Part shown: positions 57,197 to 64,000 of the stretch, piece by piece
How the letters are laid out: the number at the start of each line of letters is the position of its first letter
Position numbering within the stretch: position 1 is the first letter of the stretch
Origin: a virus
Taxonomy: Duplodnaviria > Heunggongvirae > Uroviricota > Caudoviricetes
IMG/VR virus record: IMGVR_UViG_3300043467_001216
Direction: 5' to 3' (one strand)
DNA: 64,000 bases
Notes under the pieces: generated by a model
Database searches by the model: none
Told to the model about the DNA's origin: nothing
What the model saw: only the letters and a program-made list of their open reading frames with translations
Translations under genes and position numbers: made by a program

Positions 57197-57600
57197 AAAG
57201 AAATATACCTGATATGAAGAACCAATTGTTGTTCTATATGGATAAGTGGGGTGAAAAAGGAAACAAGTCTGACCGAACACCTGAAAAGTATGAGGAAACT
57301 ATGATTAATCTTGAGAAGAAGATTGAGAAGGATATGATTGAGGTTTTATCTAAAATGGGGATTAATGCCAGTGTTAAGACTGATAGATATTCATTACCAC
57401 ATCAGTTTCAAATTAAAACTACACAATACGGAGAATCATATTTGAATGGGGCATTCGAATCTGTTAAATTATATCGTGCGGTTTTAAAAGAAATGACTAC
57501 TTTGAATTTATATAAAATTAGATTTTATATTTTAGCCGAGGTCGAAGATTGTTTACCTATAGGTAAGGTTAATTATTACTTCAATTATTATATTCACTAA
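57193..57600 (+). CDS. hypothetical protein
   Basis: ORF. Confidence 0.4.
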   Translation: MKRNIPDMKNQLLFYMDKWGEKGNKSDRTPEKYEETMINLEKKIEKDMIEVLSKMGINASVKTDRYSLPHQFQIKTTQYGESYLNGAFESVKLYRAVLKEMTTLNLYKIRFYILAEVEDCLPIGKVNYYFNYYIH

Positions 57601-57613
57601 AAACAAATAAAAA

Positions 57614-57973
57614 ATGAAAAAATTAACATATCACGAAATTAAAGAACGTGAACTGAAAGTTGTTGAGAAGTATGATGACAAAGATTTCGATAGGTATATT
57701 AAATTATTAATACTTGCTAAAAAAATCTTCTCTGAAAAAATATTATGGGTTGTTAGTTTCATACCCTTTTTAATTATTTGGGGGATATTTTATTTATTTG
57801 GAGCCATTAAATTAGATTTACCAACTATCATCACTTTTGTTATTTCACATATGATATATTGGATATTTGCTGGTAAGAAAAGTACTCAAAAATTGATTAA
57901 TAATGTTGTTCCCGAATTAGAAATGGTTATTGATGCGATAAAAGAAATTAAAGAAGAACGTTTAAAAAAATAA
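57614..57973 (+). CDS. membrane protein
   Basis: Two TM helices. Confidence 0.4.
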   Translation: MKKLTYHEIKERELKVVEKYDDKDFDRYIKLLILAKKIFSEKILWVVSFIPFLIIWGIFYLFGAIKLDLPTIITFVISHMIYWIFAGKKSTQKLINNVVPELEMVIDAIKEIKEERLKK

Positions 57974-57977
57974 TATT

Positions 57978-58466
57978 ATGTCAATAGATTTAGATAACCT
58001 CAAAAAACATATTGAGGAATTAAATAAAAAAACTGAAGCGATGATGCAAACTCCTGAGTGGGAAGAATATGCTAAATTAAAAAAAGATTTTGACGGGTTT
58101 GTTTCTCATATGAAACAACGAAGAATTGATAAACTATACACATACGTGATTGGTTTAATCAACGATTCAAGTTCATATGAGGTTAAAGTACGTAGACCTG
58201 CGGAAGATAAGATTGAGGAATGGTTGGAACGTCTTGATGGTCACAGAAGTAATTTATATCGTAATGGTCTTAAAAAAGGTTACATTGCTTGTGAATCTAA
58301 CGCTTTAGATTTATTGTGGGAAATGTTCAGTAAGTATGGTCTAAAAAGTGATTATTCTGACACTTTTACCGATGCCGCTTATACTCTTAATATCTACACA
58401 ATGGAAATGTATTCAGGTCAAGGTGAATATGGTTATCACATACATAAATTAACACAGGTATTATGA
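57978..58466 (+). CDS. hypothetical protein
   Basis: ORF. Confidence 0.4.
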   Translation: MSIDLDNLKKHIEELNKKTEAMMQTPEWEEYAKLKKDFDGFVSHMKQRRIDKLYTYVIGLINDSSSYEVKVRRPAEDKIEEWLERLDGHRSNLYRNGLKKGYIACESNALDLLWEMFSKYGLKSDYSDTFTDAAYTLNIYTMEMYSGQGEYGYHIHKLTQVL

Positions 58467-58607
58467 GCGAATTAAGTATTTGGAACAAATTAAAGTTACG
58501 CATTGGTGCGGTGGCTTTCGGTATATTCATTTGGTCTATGGGAATGACTGATGAAGAATATTTTGATGCGATTTACGAACAAGAAAAAAAGTTAAAAGAA
58601 AAGACCG

Positions 58608-58790
58608 ATGAGCAAGAGAATTAAGATTAATTTTGAAACAGTTAATGAAGGTGAATACACAGTTATTCATCCGAAAGAAATTGCTGAAATAAATAGAAGG
58701 ATTAAAATTGAAATGACACCATTTATTGAGGAGTTTAAAAAGAAAGAATACGAATCTTGGTTACAAGCTGGTAAAACTATTATGAAATGA
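58608..58790 (+). CDS. hypothetical protein
   Basis: ORF. An unlisted 53-aa ORF at 58463..58624 overlaps upstream. Confidence 0.3.
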   Translation: MSKRIKINFETVNEGEYTVIHPKEIAEINRRIKIEMTPFIEEFKKKEYESWLQAGKTIMK

Positions 58791-59107
58791 GTTCAAAAAA
58801 AATCAAAATCGGTGACTCTCAATTCACATTTGTGTTAAGACATCGTTGGGAGAAAGGTAGTAAATCTATTTTAGATAATTACGATGCGAACAAGTTAAGA
58901 AAAGAATTATCACTAGGTGTTTGGTTTAAGAAAGATAAGGTCGTTGGTAGGGTTAAGAAGGGTTCAGACAAAGGTGAAACGGTAAAGAATACCTTCAATG
59001 TTGATAATATGGTTAATGATTACTACGTTGGTCTCAACTTGATTGTTTGTAAATTTTGGGTTAATTTTTCATTTAAACCAACATTTGGTTCGAATTATAA
59101 AGGATAA
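58787..59107 (+). CDS. hypothetical protein
   Basis: ORF. Confidence 0.35.
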   Translation: MSSKKIKIGDSQFTFVLRHRWEKGSKSILDNYDANKLRKELSLGVWFKKDKVVGRVKKGSDKGETVKNTFNVDNMVNDYYVGLNLIVCKFWVNFSFKPTFGSNYKG

Positions 59108-59110
59108 GAT

Positions 59111-59464
59111 ATGAGTGATTGGAAAGACGAAATTGAATTACCCTCAGATGATGAGTATTCAAAGTTTATGGATAAAATTACAGGTAAAGAGGGGTTTAAG
59201 AATGAAGCAATAAAAGTGTTGGACCATTATATCGGTTCAGAATTTGAAGAGACGTTAATGAAGAAGATACAATCTGATTTAGATGTTGTCTTAAATAACT
59301 ATTTGAAGGATGTCCCAATGTATAAAACAGATTTCCCAATTAGTTTTAACCACGATATCGGTGAATTTATTATATCCGAAAATGGGTATGTTGCATTTCT
59401 ACCTAAGAAAACTCCCCAATACATTGAAGTAAATATAACAATAAATAAAACAGGTGAATTATGA
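59111..59464 (+). CDS. hypothetical protein
   Basis: ORF. Confidence 0.35.
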   Translation: MSDWKDEIELPSDDEYSKFMDKITGKEGFKNEAIKVLDHYIGSEFEETLMKKIQSDLDVVLNNYLKDVPMYKTDFPISFNHDIGEFIISENGYVAFLPKKTPQYIEVNITINKTGEL

Positions 59465-59537
59465 TATCAAGGTATATGATGATATAAAAAGTTTAACAGA
59501 AAATTTGGTTAGAGTTTTGAAATCAAAATAAGTTTTC

Positions 59538-59545
59538 TATATTTG
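59538..59545 (+). promoter_or_regulatory. TATATTTG -7-like promoter element
   Basis: ~20 nt before the ATG at 59565. Confidence 0.35.
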
Positions 59546-59564
59546 TAAGACAAAACACAGAGAT

Positions 59565-59831
59565 ATGGAAATTACACGCTTCGACAGACACGAATCAATG
59601 AACGATGAAACTCGTTCTGAAATCTTACAAGTAATTAGAACGTTATCATTTAGTGATGAGTCGTCTTTTAAACTTGAAAATTACTTATACGGTTTGTTCG
59701 ATGGGTATGATTACACACCATTCATCTTAAACTCTGAGGACTTCAAGAACATTAAGGACAAAGAGTTGACTGATAGAGTTACAAAAATCTTGGATGAGGT
59801 TAACAAATATCCAAGAGTGGTTTATAAATAA
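59565..59831 (+). CDS. hypothetical protein
   Basis: ORF downstream of a TATATTTG motif. Confidence 0.35.
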   Translation: MEITRFDRHESMNDETRSEILQVIRTLSFSDESSFKLENYLYGLFDGYDYTPFILNSEDFKNIKDKELTDRVTKILDEVNKYPRVVYK

Positions 59832-59925
59832 ATTATTGTGTTGTTCCCTTGAGAAAGGAACTAGGGTAAAAACGGAGCATAGGAAGGGTGAAGATTGCTA
59901 CAACACAGAGGCTCTCAACCTCAAA

Positions 59926-60012
59926 TAGTCAGGTAATGCGTAATGGGAAAACGGTTATCTCATCCAACTAAAAAGGGTTGCATCGTTGTGGGTTCGAGTC
60001 CCACCCTGGCTA
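59926..60012 (+). tRNA. tRNA-like element 0 (T-arm GTGGGTTCGAGTCCCAC; 7-bp acceptor AGTCAGG/CCTGGCT with one G-U)
   Basis: Perfect T-arm and pairing termini. I could not fold the D and anticodon arms canonically by eye. 87 nt. Confidence 0.4.
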
Positions 60013-60271
60013 CAACTTCGCTGGTTAATGGGGGTAGTTTGCATCTTGCAACTCAAGTGGTTAAGTTCGGCGTTAAGATATTAATCCTACTATGGTGATT
60101 GATTGAAATGTACGGCTCACACCAACCTCTGCAAGTTAAAACAAACTGTACTACACATTCAAAGATGGGTTACACAATAGAATTTATTCTATAAGATGCT
60201 GTGTCAAATTGAGATATGTGTAAGTATAACATCTGAAGTTTGCCTCAATGGTATTTTTAGTAAGATGTATT

Positions 60272-60371
60272 TAGTCAGGTGGCGTAATGGTAAAAGCGTT
60301 GGTCAGTGGGTTTAAACACCTAACGGTAAAAATGGGTACCAGATATACAGGTTCGAATCCTGTCCTGACTA
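60272..60371 (+). tRNA. tRNA-like element 1 (Leu-type D-arm; shared termini AGTCAGGTGGCG ... ACAGGTTCGAATCCTGTCCTGACT); 100 nt
   Basis: Acceptor AGTCAGG/CCTGACT (7 bp). T-arm ACAGG-TTCGAAT-CCTGT. D-arm GCG-TAATGGTAAAAG-CGT. The interior is longer than a class II tRNA. Confidence 0.45.
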
Positions 60372-60441
60372 CTGACAATAAAACTTTGGGGTCAGGGTTT
60401 TGTTGGCACTGAAAGGTGTGTGTTTTCAACGGTTCGAGTCC

Positions 60442-60553
60442 GAGTCAGGTGGCGGAATTGGTAGACGCTAACGGTGGTAAGTGTGATAGTCAGAGCTCGG
60501 GAACTCCTATCAAAAAGTTTGGTTCACACATACAGGTTCAAGTCCTGTCCTGA
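60442..60553 (+). tRNA. tRNA-like element 2 (D-arm GGTGGCGGAATTGGTAGACGC identical to canonical tRNA-Leu); 112 nt
   Basis: Same termini as element 1. The 63-nt region between the D- and T-arms includes a long hairpin GTGTGA...TCACAC. No canonical anticodon arm found by eye. Confidence 0.45.
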
Positions 60554-60569
60554 CTACTAAAAATAAGAT

Positions 60570-60800
60570 ATGAATAATAGAGAACAAAAATTGATTGATT
60601 TAATGTTTGAAATGGTGTTAGTGACAACAAACGACCCCGTATTTTGTAAAAGACCAAGAGGTGAAAGAATGGCTTGGGTTGCAGATAATTTGAGGGGTTC
60701 GGGATTTGATACACATCCAATCGGAATGAGTTGGGGGGTTTTGGTTGACTCTTCATTCAGGGACACAATTGATGTTAAAACAGAAAATTTAGATAATTAA
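60570..60800 (+). CDS. small hypothetical protein embedded in the tRNA-like island
   Basis: 76-aa ORF between tRNA-like elements 2 and 3. The antisense ORFs 60538..60766 are judged spurious. Confidence 0.25.
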   Translation: MNNREQKLIDLMFEMVLVTTNDPVFCKRPRGERMAWVADNLRGSGFDTHPIGMSWGVLVDSSFRDTIDVKTENLDN

Positions 60801-60805
60801 CTAAC

Positions 60806-60949
60806 AGTCAGGTGGTGGAATGGTAGACGTGTAATGGGTGATTTGATTAATGGGGCCGTGAGACATCACATTAAATATGTTGACCATCCCCAAGAACCGA
60901 ATAAAATCGGTCTTTTCAAATCGTACAGGTTCGAATCCTGTCCTGACTG
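60806..60949 (+). tRNA. tRNA-like element 3; 144 nt, with internal direct repeat TAATGGG
   Basis: Same termini (AGTCAGGTGGTGGAATGGTAGACG ... ACAGGTTCGAATCCTGTCCTGACT). Very long interior. Confidence 0.4.
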
Positions 60950-61119
60950 CTGAATTAGCCCTCTGGTGGTGCACCGCTAAGGAACGAAGATAGAGATTAC
61001 AGATATGGGTTGAAATAAAAAGACCTTCGGGTTTACACATATGTTGGCGTGGACGCTCTCCGAATCGTATGTCGGCATAGTTTGTGTGTTCTAGGGATAA
61101 TTTAAAAACACACATTTTT

Positions 61120-61232
61120 AGTCAGGTGGCGGAAGGGATTGAGGTAACTCGGTCGTTGGTAGACGCACATATCCATACAGGGATGATGCAGTACTGTATT
61201 ACTGTGTCTTACAAGTTCGAATCTTGTCCTGA
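61120..61232 (+). tRNA. tRNA-like element 4; 113 nt, with a ~22-nt insertion inside the D-loop
   Basis: GGTGGCGGAA-[GGGATTGAGGTAACTCGGTCG]-TTGGTAGACGC. T-arm ACAAG-TTCGAAT-CTTGT, where compensatory changes keep the stem paired. Acceptor AGTCAGG/CCTGACT. Confidence 0.4.
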
Positions 61233-61296
61233 CTACAAAAAATAACGAAGGTATTGTTTAATTAAATAAAAAAACATATCTTTGAAATGTTAATAT

Positions 61297-61412
61297 AGAT
61301 AGGTGGCGGATGGGTAGACGCAGAGGTGAGGGGATATAGTAACACTCTGAAAGTAGCAGTCTCGTTACGTCCTACGGTGAAATCGAACAGGTTCGAATCC
61401 TGTCCTATCTAC
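61297..61412 (+). tRNA. tRNA-like element 5; 116 nt, acceptor AGATAGG/CCTATCT
   Basis: D-arm GCG-GATGGGTAGA-CGC. T-arm ACAGG-TTCGAAT-CCTGT. Acceptor changed at two base pairs with full compensation. Confidence 0.45.
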
Positions 61413-61460
61413 ACTATAATGAATTTGGGTAACGATTTAGATACAAGAATTCATATAGTT

Positions 61461-61530
61461 AAGCGGAGTAGTGTAATTGGTAACATATTGGATTGTCTCC
61501 TTTGATGTGGGTTCGAGTCCCATCGCCGCA
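61461..61530 (+). tRNA. candidate tRNA (T-arm GTGGGTTCGAGTCCCAT, D-loop AATTGGTAAC)
   Basis: tRNA-like D- and T-loops. The acceptor pairing is imperfect by eye and the isotype is undetermined. Confidence 0.35.
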
Positions 61531-61545
61531 ACTAAAATTTAAATT

Positions 61546-62076
61546 ATGAAAACAGTTCTTACATTCTTATTATTACTTGCGTTTAATACATTCGCACAGG
61601 ACGTTACAGTATTGGGTAGAATCTATATTGATACGGCAGTTATGTCACCAACTGAGTATACAACTTGTGATACAACAAAGACACTCAGAATTATGACTGA
61701 TAACGACCTTTCAAATATTGCCTCAGATAGGTTATCCAAAATGTATAGTTTATCTAACGATTATGATAATGAATTTTTAAATGGGGGGTTTGATTTCTGT
61801 AAAAAAGTTGCGGTAGATTCAAGTAAGAATATATTACTAATCTATGTTGATGTTAGTAATAGTTACAAGATAGATGCTATTGAAGCTATTATGGAATATG
61901 TTGATGAAGATAAAGTATTACATAAAGACATTAAAGAACTAACACCTAAAATGATTTACACAAATTATTTCCAAGTGTTTACAAGTACCTCTAAACGTGA
62001 ACACGTTGTGGTTACGTTAGTGTTACCTAATGATGAAAATAAAAAGTATTACTACATAGATACTATACCTGAATAA
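61546..62076 (+). CDS. secreted hypothetical protein
   Basis: Signal peptide MKTVLTFLLLLAFNTFAQD. Confidence 0.45.
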   Translation: MKTVLTFLLLLAFNTFAQDVTVLGRIYIDTAVMSPTEYTTCDTTKTLRIMTDNDLSNIASDRLSKMYSLSNDYDNEFLNGGFDFCKKVAVDSSKNILLIYVDVSNSYKIDAIEAIMEYVDEDKVLHKDIKELTPKMIYTNYFQVFTSTSKREHVVVTLVLPNDENKKYYYIDTIPE

Positions 62077-62079
62077 ATT

Positions 62080-62313
62080 ATGACAAAGAAAGAATTAGTA
62101 GAGATATTAAGTCAGTATGACGATGATATGTTAATCTTGATACCAGGTTATGAAAACGGTTTTAATTTAACTGGTTATGTTACTTCAACACTCGTTATGA
62201 AACGACCTAGAGCTAGTTGGTGGGATGGTGAATATTTGGTATTAAATGATTCACAACTAACACCAAATGGTATATTATTACATCCAAGAGAAAGGGATAA
62301 TGAAAAAGGTTAA
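62080..62313 (+). CDS. hypothetical protein
   Basis: ORF. Confidence 0.35.
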   Translation: MTKKELVEILSQYDDDMLILIPGYENGFNLTGYVTSTLVMKRPRASWWDGEYLVLNDSQLTPNGILLHPRERDNEKG

Positions 62314-62593
62314 TATTAAAGGTCGTGAATTCAAGTATATAGTTCAAAATCAATGTAGTGAATATGGTGATTACTATTGGACTGAGTTTTATGAGGAAAC
62401 ATATACTAAAACATATAAAAAGTATTGGTTATTTGGTCCGACATTGACTAAGGAAGAACCAATTGTGTTATTTCAATTATCTTTAAATGTTGAAGACGAG
62501 TATTACACCAAATCAGATATTAGGTCAAAAATTTTAAGACAACTTGAATTGCTGGATAGGAAAGAACAAATTGAAAGAGGTGAATTGATATGA
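62300..62593 (+). CDS. hypothetical protein
   Basis: ORF trimmed to an internal ATG. Confidence 0.35.
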   Translation: MKKVNIKGREFKYIVQNQCSEYGDYYWTEFYEETYTKTYKKYWLFGPTLTKEEPIVLFQLSLNVEDEYYTKSDIRSKILRQLELLDRKEQIERGELI

Positions 62594-62961
62594 AAAATCG
62601 TTATAATGATATAATTGATGAGGTGTATGACAAATACGATGAGTTATTTGATTCATATTATCCTGCGTTTAGTGCTCCATATCCAAAAAGATTAACCAAA
62701 GAAGAATTGGTTCAGGAAATAAAGAATGGTGGTAGTGTTCTTAAAGAGTTCCAATTGGATGTTAAGATAACTGAACGTGAGTTGAGTTTGGAGGAAAGGT
62801 TTAATCTAAGATATCCTGGTGGTAAATTCTCGGTATTCCAAGAGAACTACCCCAACACACACAAAAGAAATGACCCAAATGGGTTATTAGATGCTTTCGA
62901 TATCCCCACCAAAAAATATAGACTTGAATATAAAAACGAAATTGTTGAATATTATGAATGA
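62590..62961 (+). CDS. hypothetical protein, tandem paralog family member 1 (ends YKNEIVEYYE)
   Basis: N-terminus MKNRYNDIIDEVYDKYDE and C-terminus YKNEIVEYYE are shared with the next gene. Confidence 0.4.
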   Translation: MKNRYNDIIDEVYDKYDELFDSYYPAFSAPYPKRLTKEELVQEIKNGGSVLKEFQLDVKITERELSLEERFNLRYPGGKFSVFQENYPNTHKRNDPNGLLDAFDIPTKKYRLEYKNEIVEYYE

Positions 62962-63394
62962 AAGATATAATCAAATAATTGATGAGGTATATAATGGGTA
63001 TTTAGTTCATACTATCTCAGGTGTTGAAAATGGTTTTGATAAAATCAAAGGTTATTTAGATAAATGTTTAGTTGAATTTGATGGTGAGTACGAACATTTT
63101 AATAATCCATCATTTCAATATGGGTATCGTCCACATACACAAGAAGAGTTCGTCAACAAAATCAAAACAGATGATGAGTTTGGTGAAAAGTGGGGTAAAA
63201 TAACTGAACGTGAGTTGAGTTTTAAAGAAAGACAGAACTATGGTATTGATATTCTTGGATATGAGAGCTTATTAGATTATGGTCATTCACAAAATGATGA
63301 TGATATAATATTAGAATTATTAAATATTTGGAATGTTCCCACCAAAGTAATAACACTTGATTATAAAAACGAAATTGTTGAATATTATGAATGA
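62954..63394 (+). CDS. hypothetical protein, tandem paralog family member 2
   Basis: MNERYNQIIDEVYNGY ... YKNEIVEYYE. The start overlaps the previous stop through the repeated junction ttgaatattatgaatga. Confidence 0.4.
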   Translation: MNERYNQIIDEVYNGYLVHTISGVENGFDKIKGYLDKCLVEFDGEYEHFNNPSFQYGYRPHTQEEFVNKIKTDDEFGEKWGKITERELSFKERQNYGIDILGYESLLDYGHSQNDDDIILELLNIWNVPTKVITLDYKNEIVEYYE

Positions 63395-63611
63395 CGAAAC
63401 GAGAGTGCTTGACCACATAGATTATAAAGGTTATTGTTATGTATATGAAAGACGACCTGGTAAAAATGGTGAAATATGTTTGGCGACTAAAGACCCTACG
63501 AAATATTGTAATGGTTTTTATTCTTTCTCAAGTAAAGACCCAGGTAGTGGTGTTGCTTTCGTTGTAATTGCTCACGATAATCCAAATGAAGATTGGTATG
63601 AAAATTATTAA
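63387..63611 (+). CDS. hypothetical protein (the same junction sequence is reused at its start)
   Basis: Start sits in a third copy of the junction motif GAATATTATGAATGA. Confidence 0.35.
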   Translation: MNDETRVLDHIDYKGYCYVYERRPGKNGEICLATKDPTKYCNGFYSFSSKDPGSGVAFVVIAHDNPNEDWYENY

Positions 63612-63801
63612 TAAATTTAAAGTCGGTGATAAGTTAAAGGCTAGTGATTATGATAAAGAACATCACGGTTTGGAATTTGTAACAATTACCTCAATAAACG
63701 AGGAGAATGAAGTTTACCATTGGGAATCACCTTGTCCTTATTTAGGTGGTAAAATACATTCGGGTTATTTTTTTAATGAAGCGGAAAGTTATGAGTATTG
63801 A
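63598..63801 (+). CDS. hypothetical protein
   Basis: ORF. The start is uncertain. Confidence 0.3.
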   Translation: MKIINKFKVGDKLKASDYDKEHHGLEFVTITSINEENEVYHWESPCPYLGGKIHSGYFFNEAESYEY

Positions 63802-63970
63802 AGTTAAAAAATGTGTTGGTGAAATCATTGATACATTATGTGATAGAGGTGGATTCGATGATTGGTGGTATAACCTTGATGATGAGGTTGAAAAAGAAAT
63901 CACCGACAAGTTAGAAGAAATTGTTAAACGAAGATTTGAGAAATACAATGGGGGTAGTGGTAAGTTATAA
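63794..63970 (+). CDS. hypothetical protein
   Basis: ORF trimmed to an internal ATG. Confidence 0.3.
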   Translation, partial: SIEVKKCVGEIIDTLCDRGGFDDWWYNLDDEVEKEITDKLEEIVKRRFEKYNGGSGKL

Positions 63971-64000
63971 AGAAGAAAGATACTCAGGTAGAGTATATGA

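Noticed and set aside
60385-60445. Possible additional tRNA ending in GGTTCGAGTCCGAG just upstream of tRNA-like element 2
   Set aside because: The T-stem would have only 3 bp and no matching acceptor 5' strand was found. It is probably part of the spacer or a degenerate copy.
59830-61545. Searched the tRNA-like island and the rest of the window for a canonical tmRNA (5' GGGGCTGATT..., tag ORF ending ..ALAA, 3' ..TCCACCA)
   Set aside because: No such signature was seen by eye. A divergent or permuted tmRNA cannot be excluded without covariance-model search.
1-64000. Looked for an integrase, transposase, attachment-site repeats, rRNA, or cas genes
   Set aside because: None recognised. The window appears to be an interior phage genome segment rather than a prophage border or mobile-element junction.

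Overview
The window is AT-rich, gene-dense and almost entirely coding on the + strand, with a few convergent - strand genes. It has many intrinsic terminators and small acidic or lysine-rich ORFs. This is the organisation of a large tailed dsDNA phage, or a prophage with no flanking host DNA in view. Upstream of many genes sits the motif TATATTTG (TAnnTTTG), which matches the Bacteroidetes sigma-A -7 element, so I infer a Flavobacteriia or Bacteroidia host. Recognisable products are listed below.

- DNA and chaperone functions: a DnaJ-like protein (J domain plus four CxxCxGxG zinc-finger repeats), a Dam-type adenine methyltransferase, and a second amino-methyltransferase with SPPY and DPFAGSGTS motifs.
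- Redox and translation: a thioredoxin (WCGPC), a glutaredoxin-like protein (CPFC), and an unmistakable SmpB, the tmRNA partner.
- Structural region (18.9-26.5 kb): a putative tail fibre, two LamG-like paralogs, and three tandem glycine-rich paralogs with conserved ends.
- Enzymes: an RmlC-like cupin epimerase, a Nudix hydrolase, a glycosyltransferase with a DxD motif, an HxGH nucleotidyltransferase, an HEXXH metallopeptidase, a Sir2-family protein, two HAD-like hydrolases, and a DUF192-like protein.
- Cell-wall and membrane: an SPFH/band-7 membrane protein; four candidate cell-wall enzymes (amidase-2/PGRP-like, YkuD-like L,D-transpeptidase fold, RlpA-like double-psi beta-barrel, 3D domain).
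- Other: two T5orf172/GIY-YIG-like proteins, a DUF3310 protein, a DUF932-like protein, and a 59-aa Hc1 (histone H1)-like ORF that is below the ORF-track cutoff.

The most unusual non-coding features are these two.

1. A 1.7-kb ORF-poor island (59.9-61.5 kb) holds at least seven tRNA-like elements. Five of them share near-identical 5' ends (AGTCAGGTGGCGGAATTGGTAGACGC, a tRNA-Leu-like D-arm) and 3' ends (ACAGGTTCGAATCCTGTCCTGACT). Their interiors are 45-95 nt, divergent, and too long for any canonical tRNA.
2. A 220-nt ORF-free transcription unit (54.08-54.31 kb) has its own promoter and terminator and two tandem ~70-nt homologous hairpin-forming units.

I found no CRISPR array, rRNA, integrase or transposase. 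Every function is assigned by eye from motifs and should be confirmed by HMM search.
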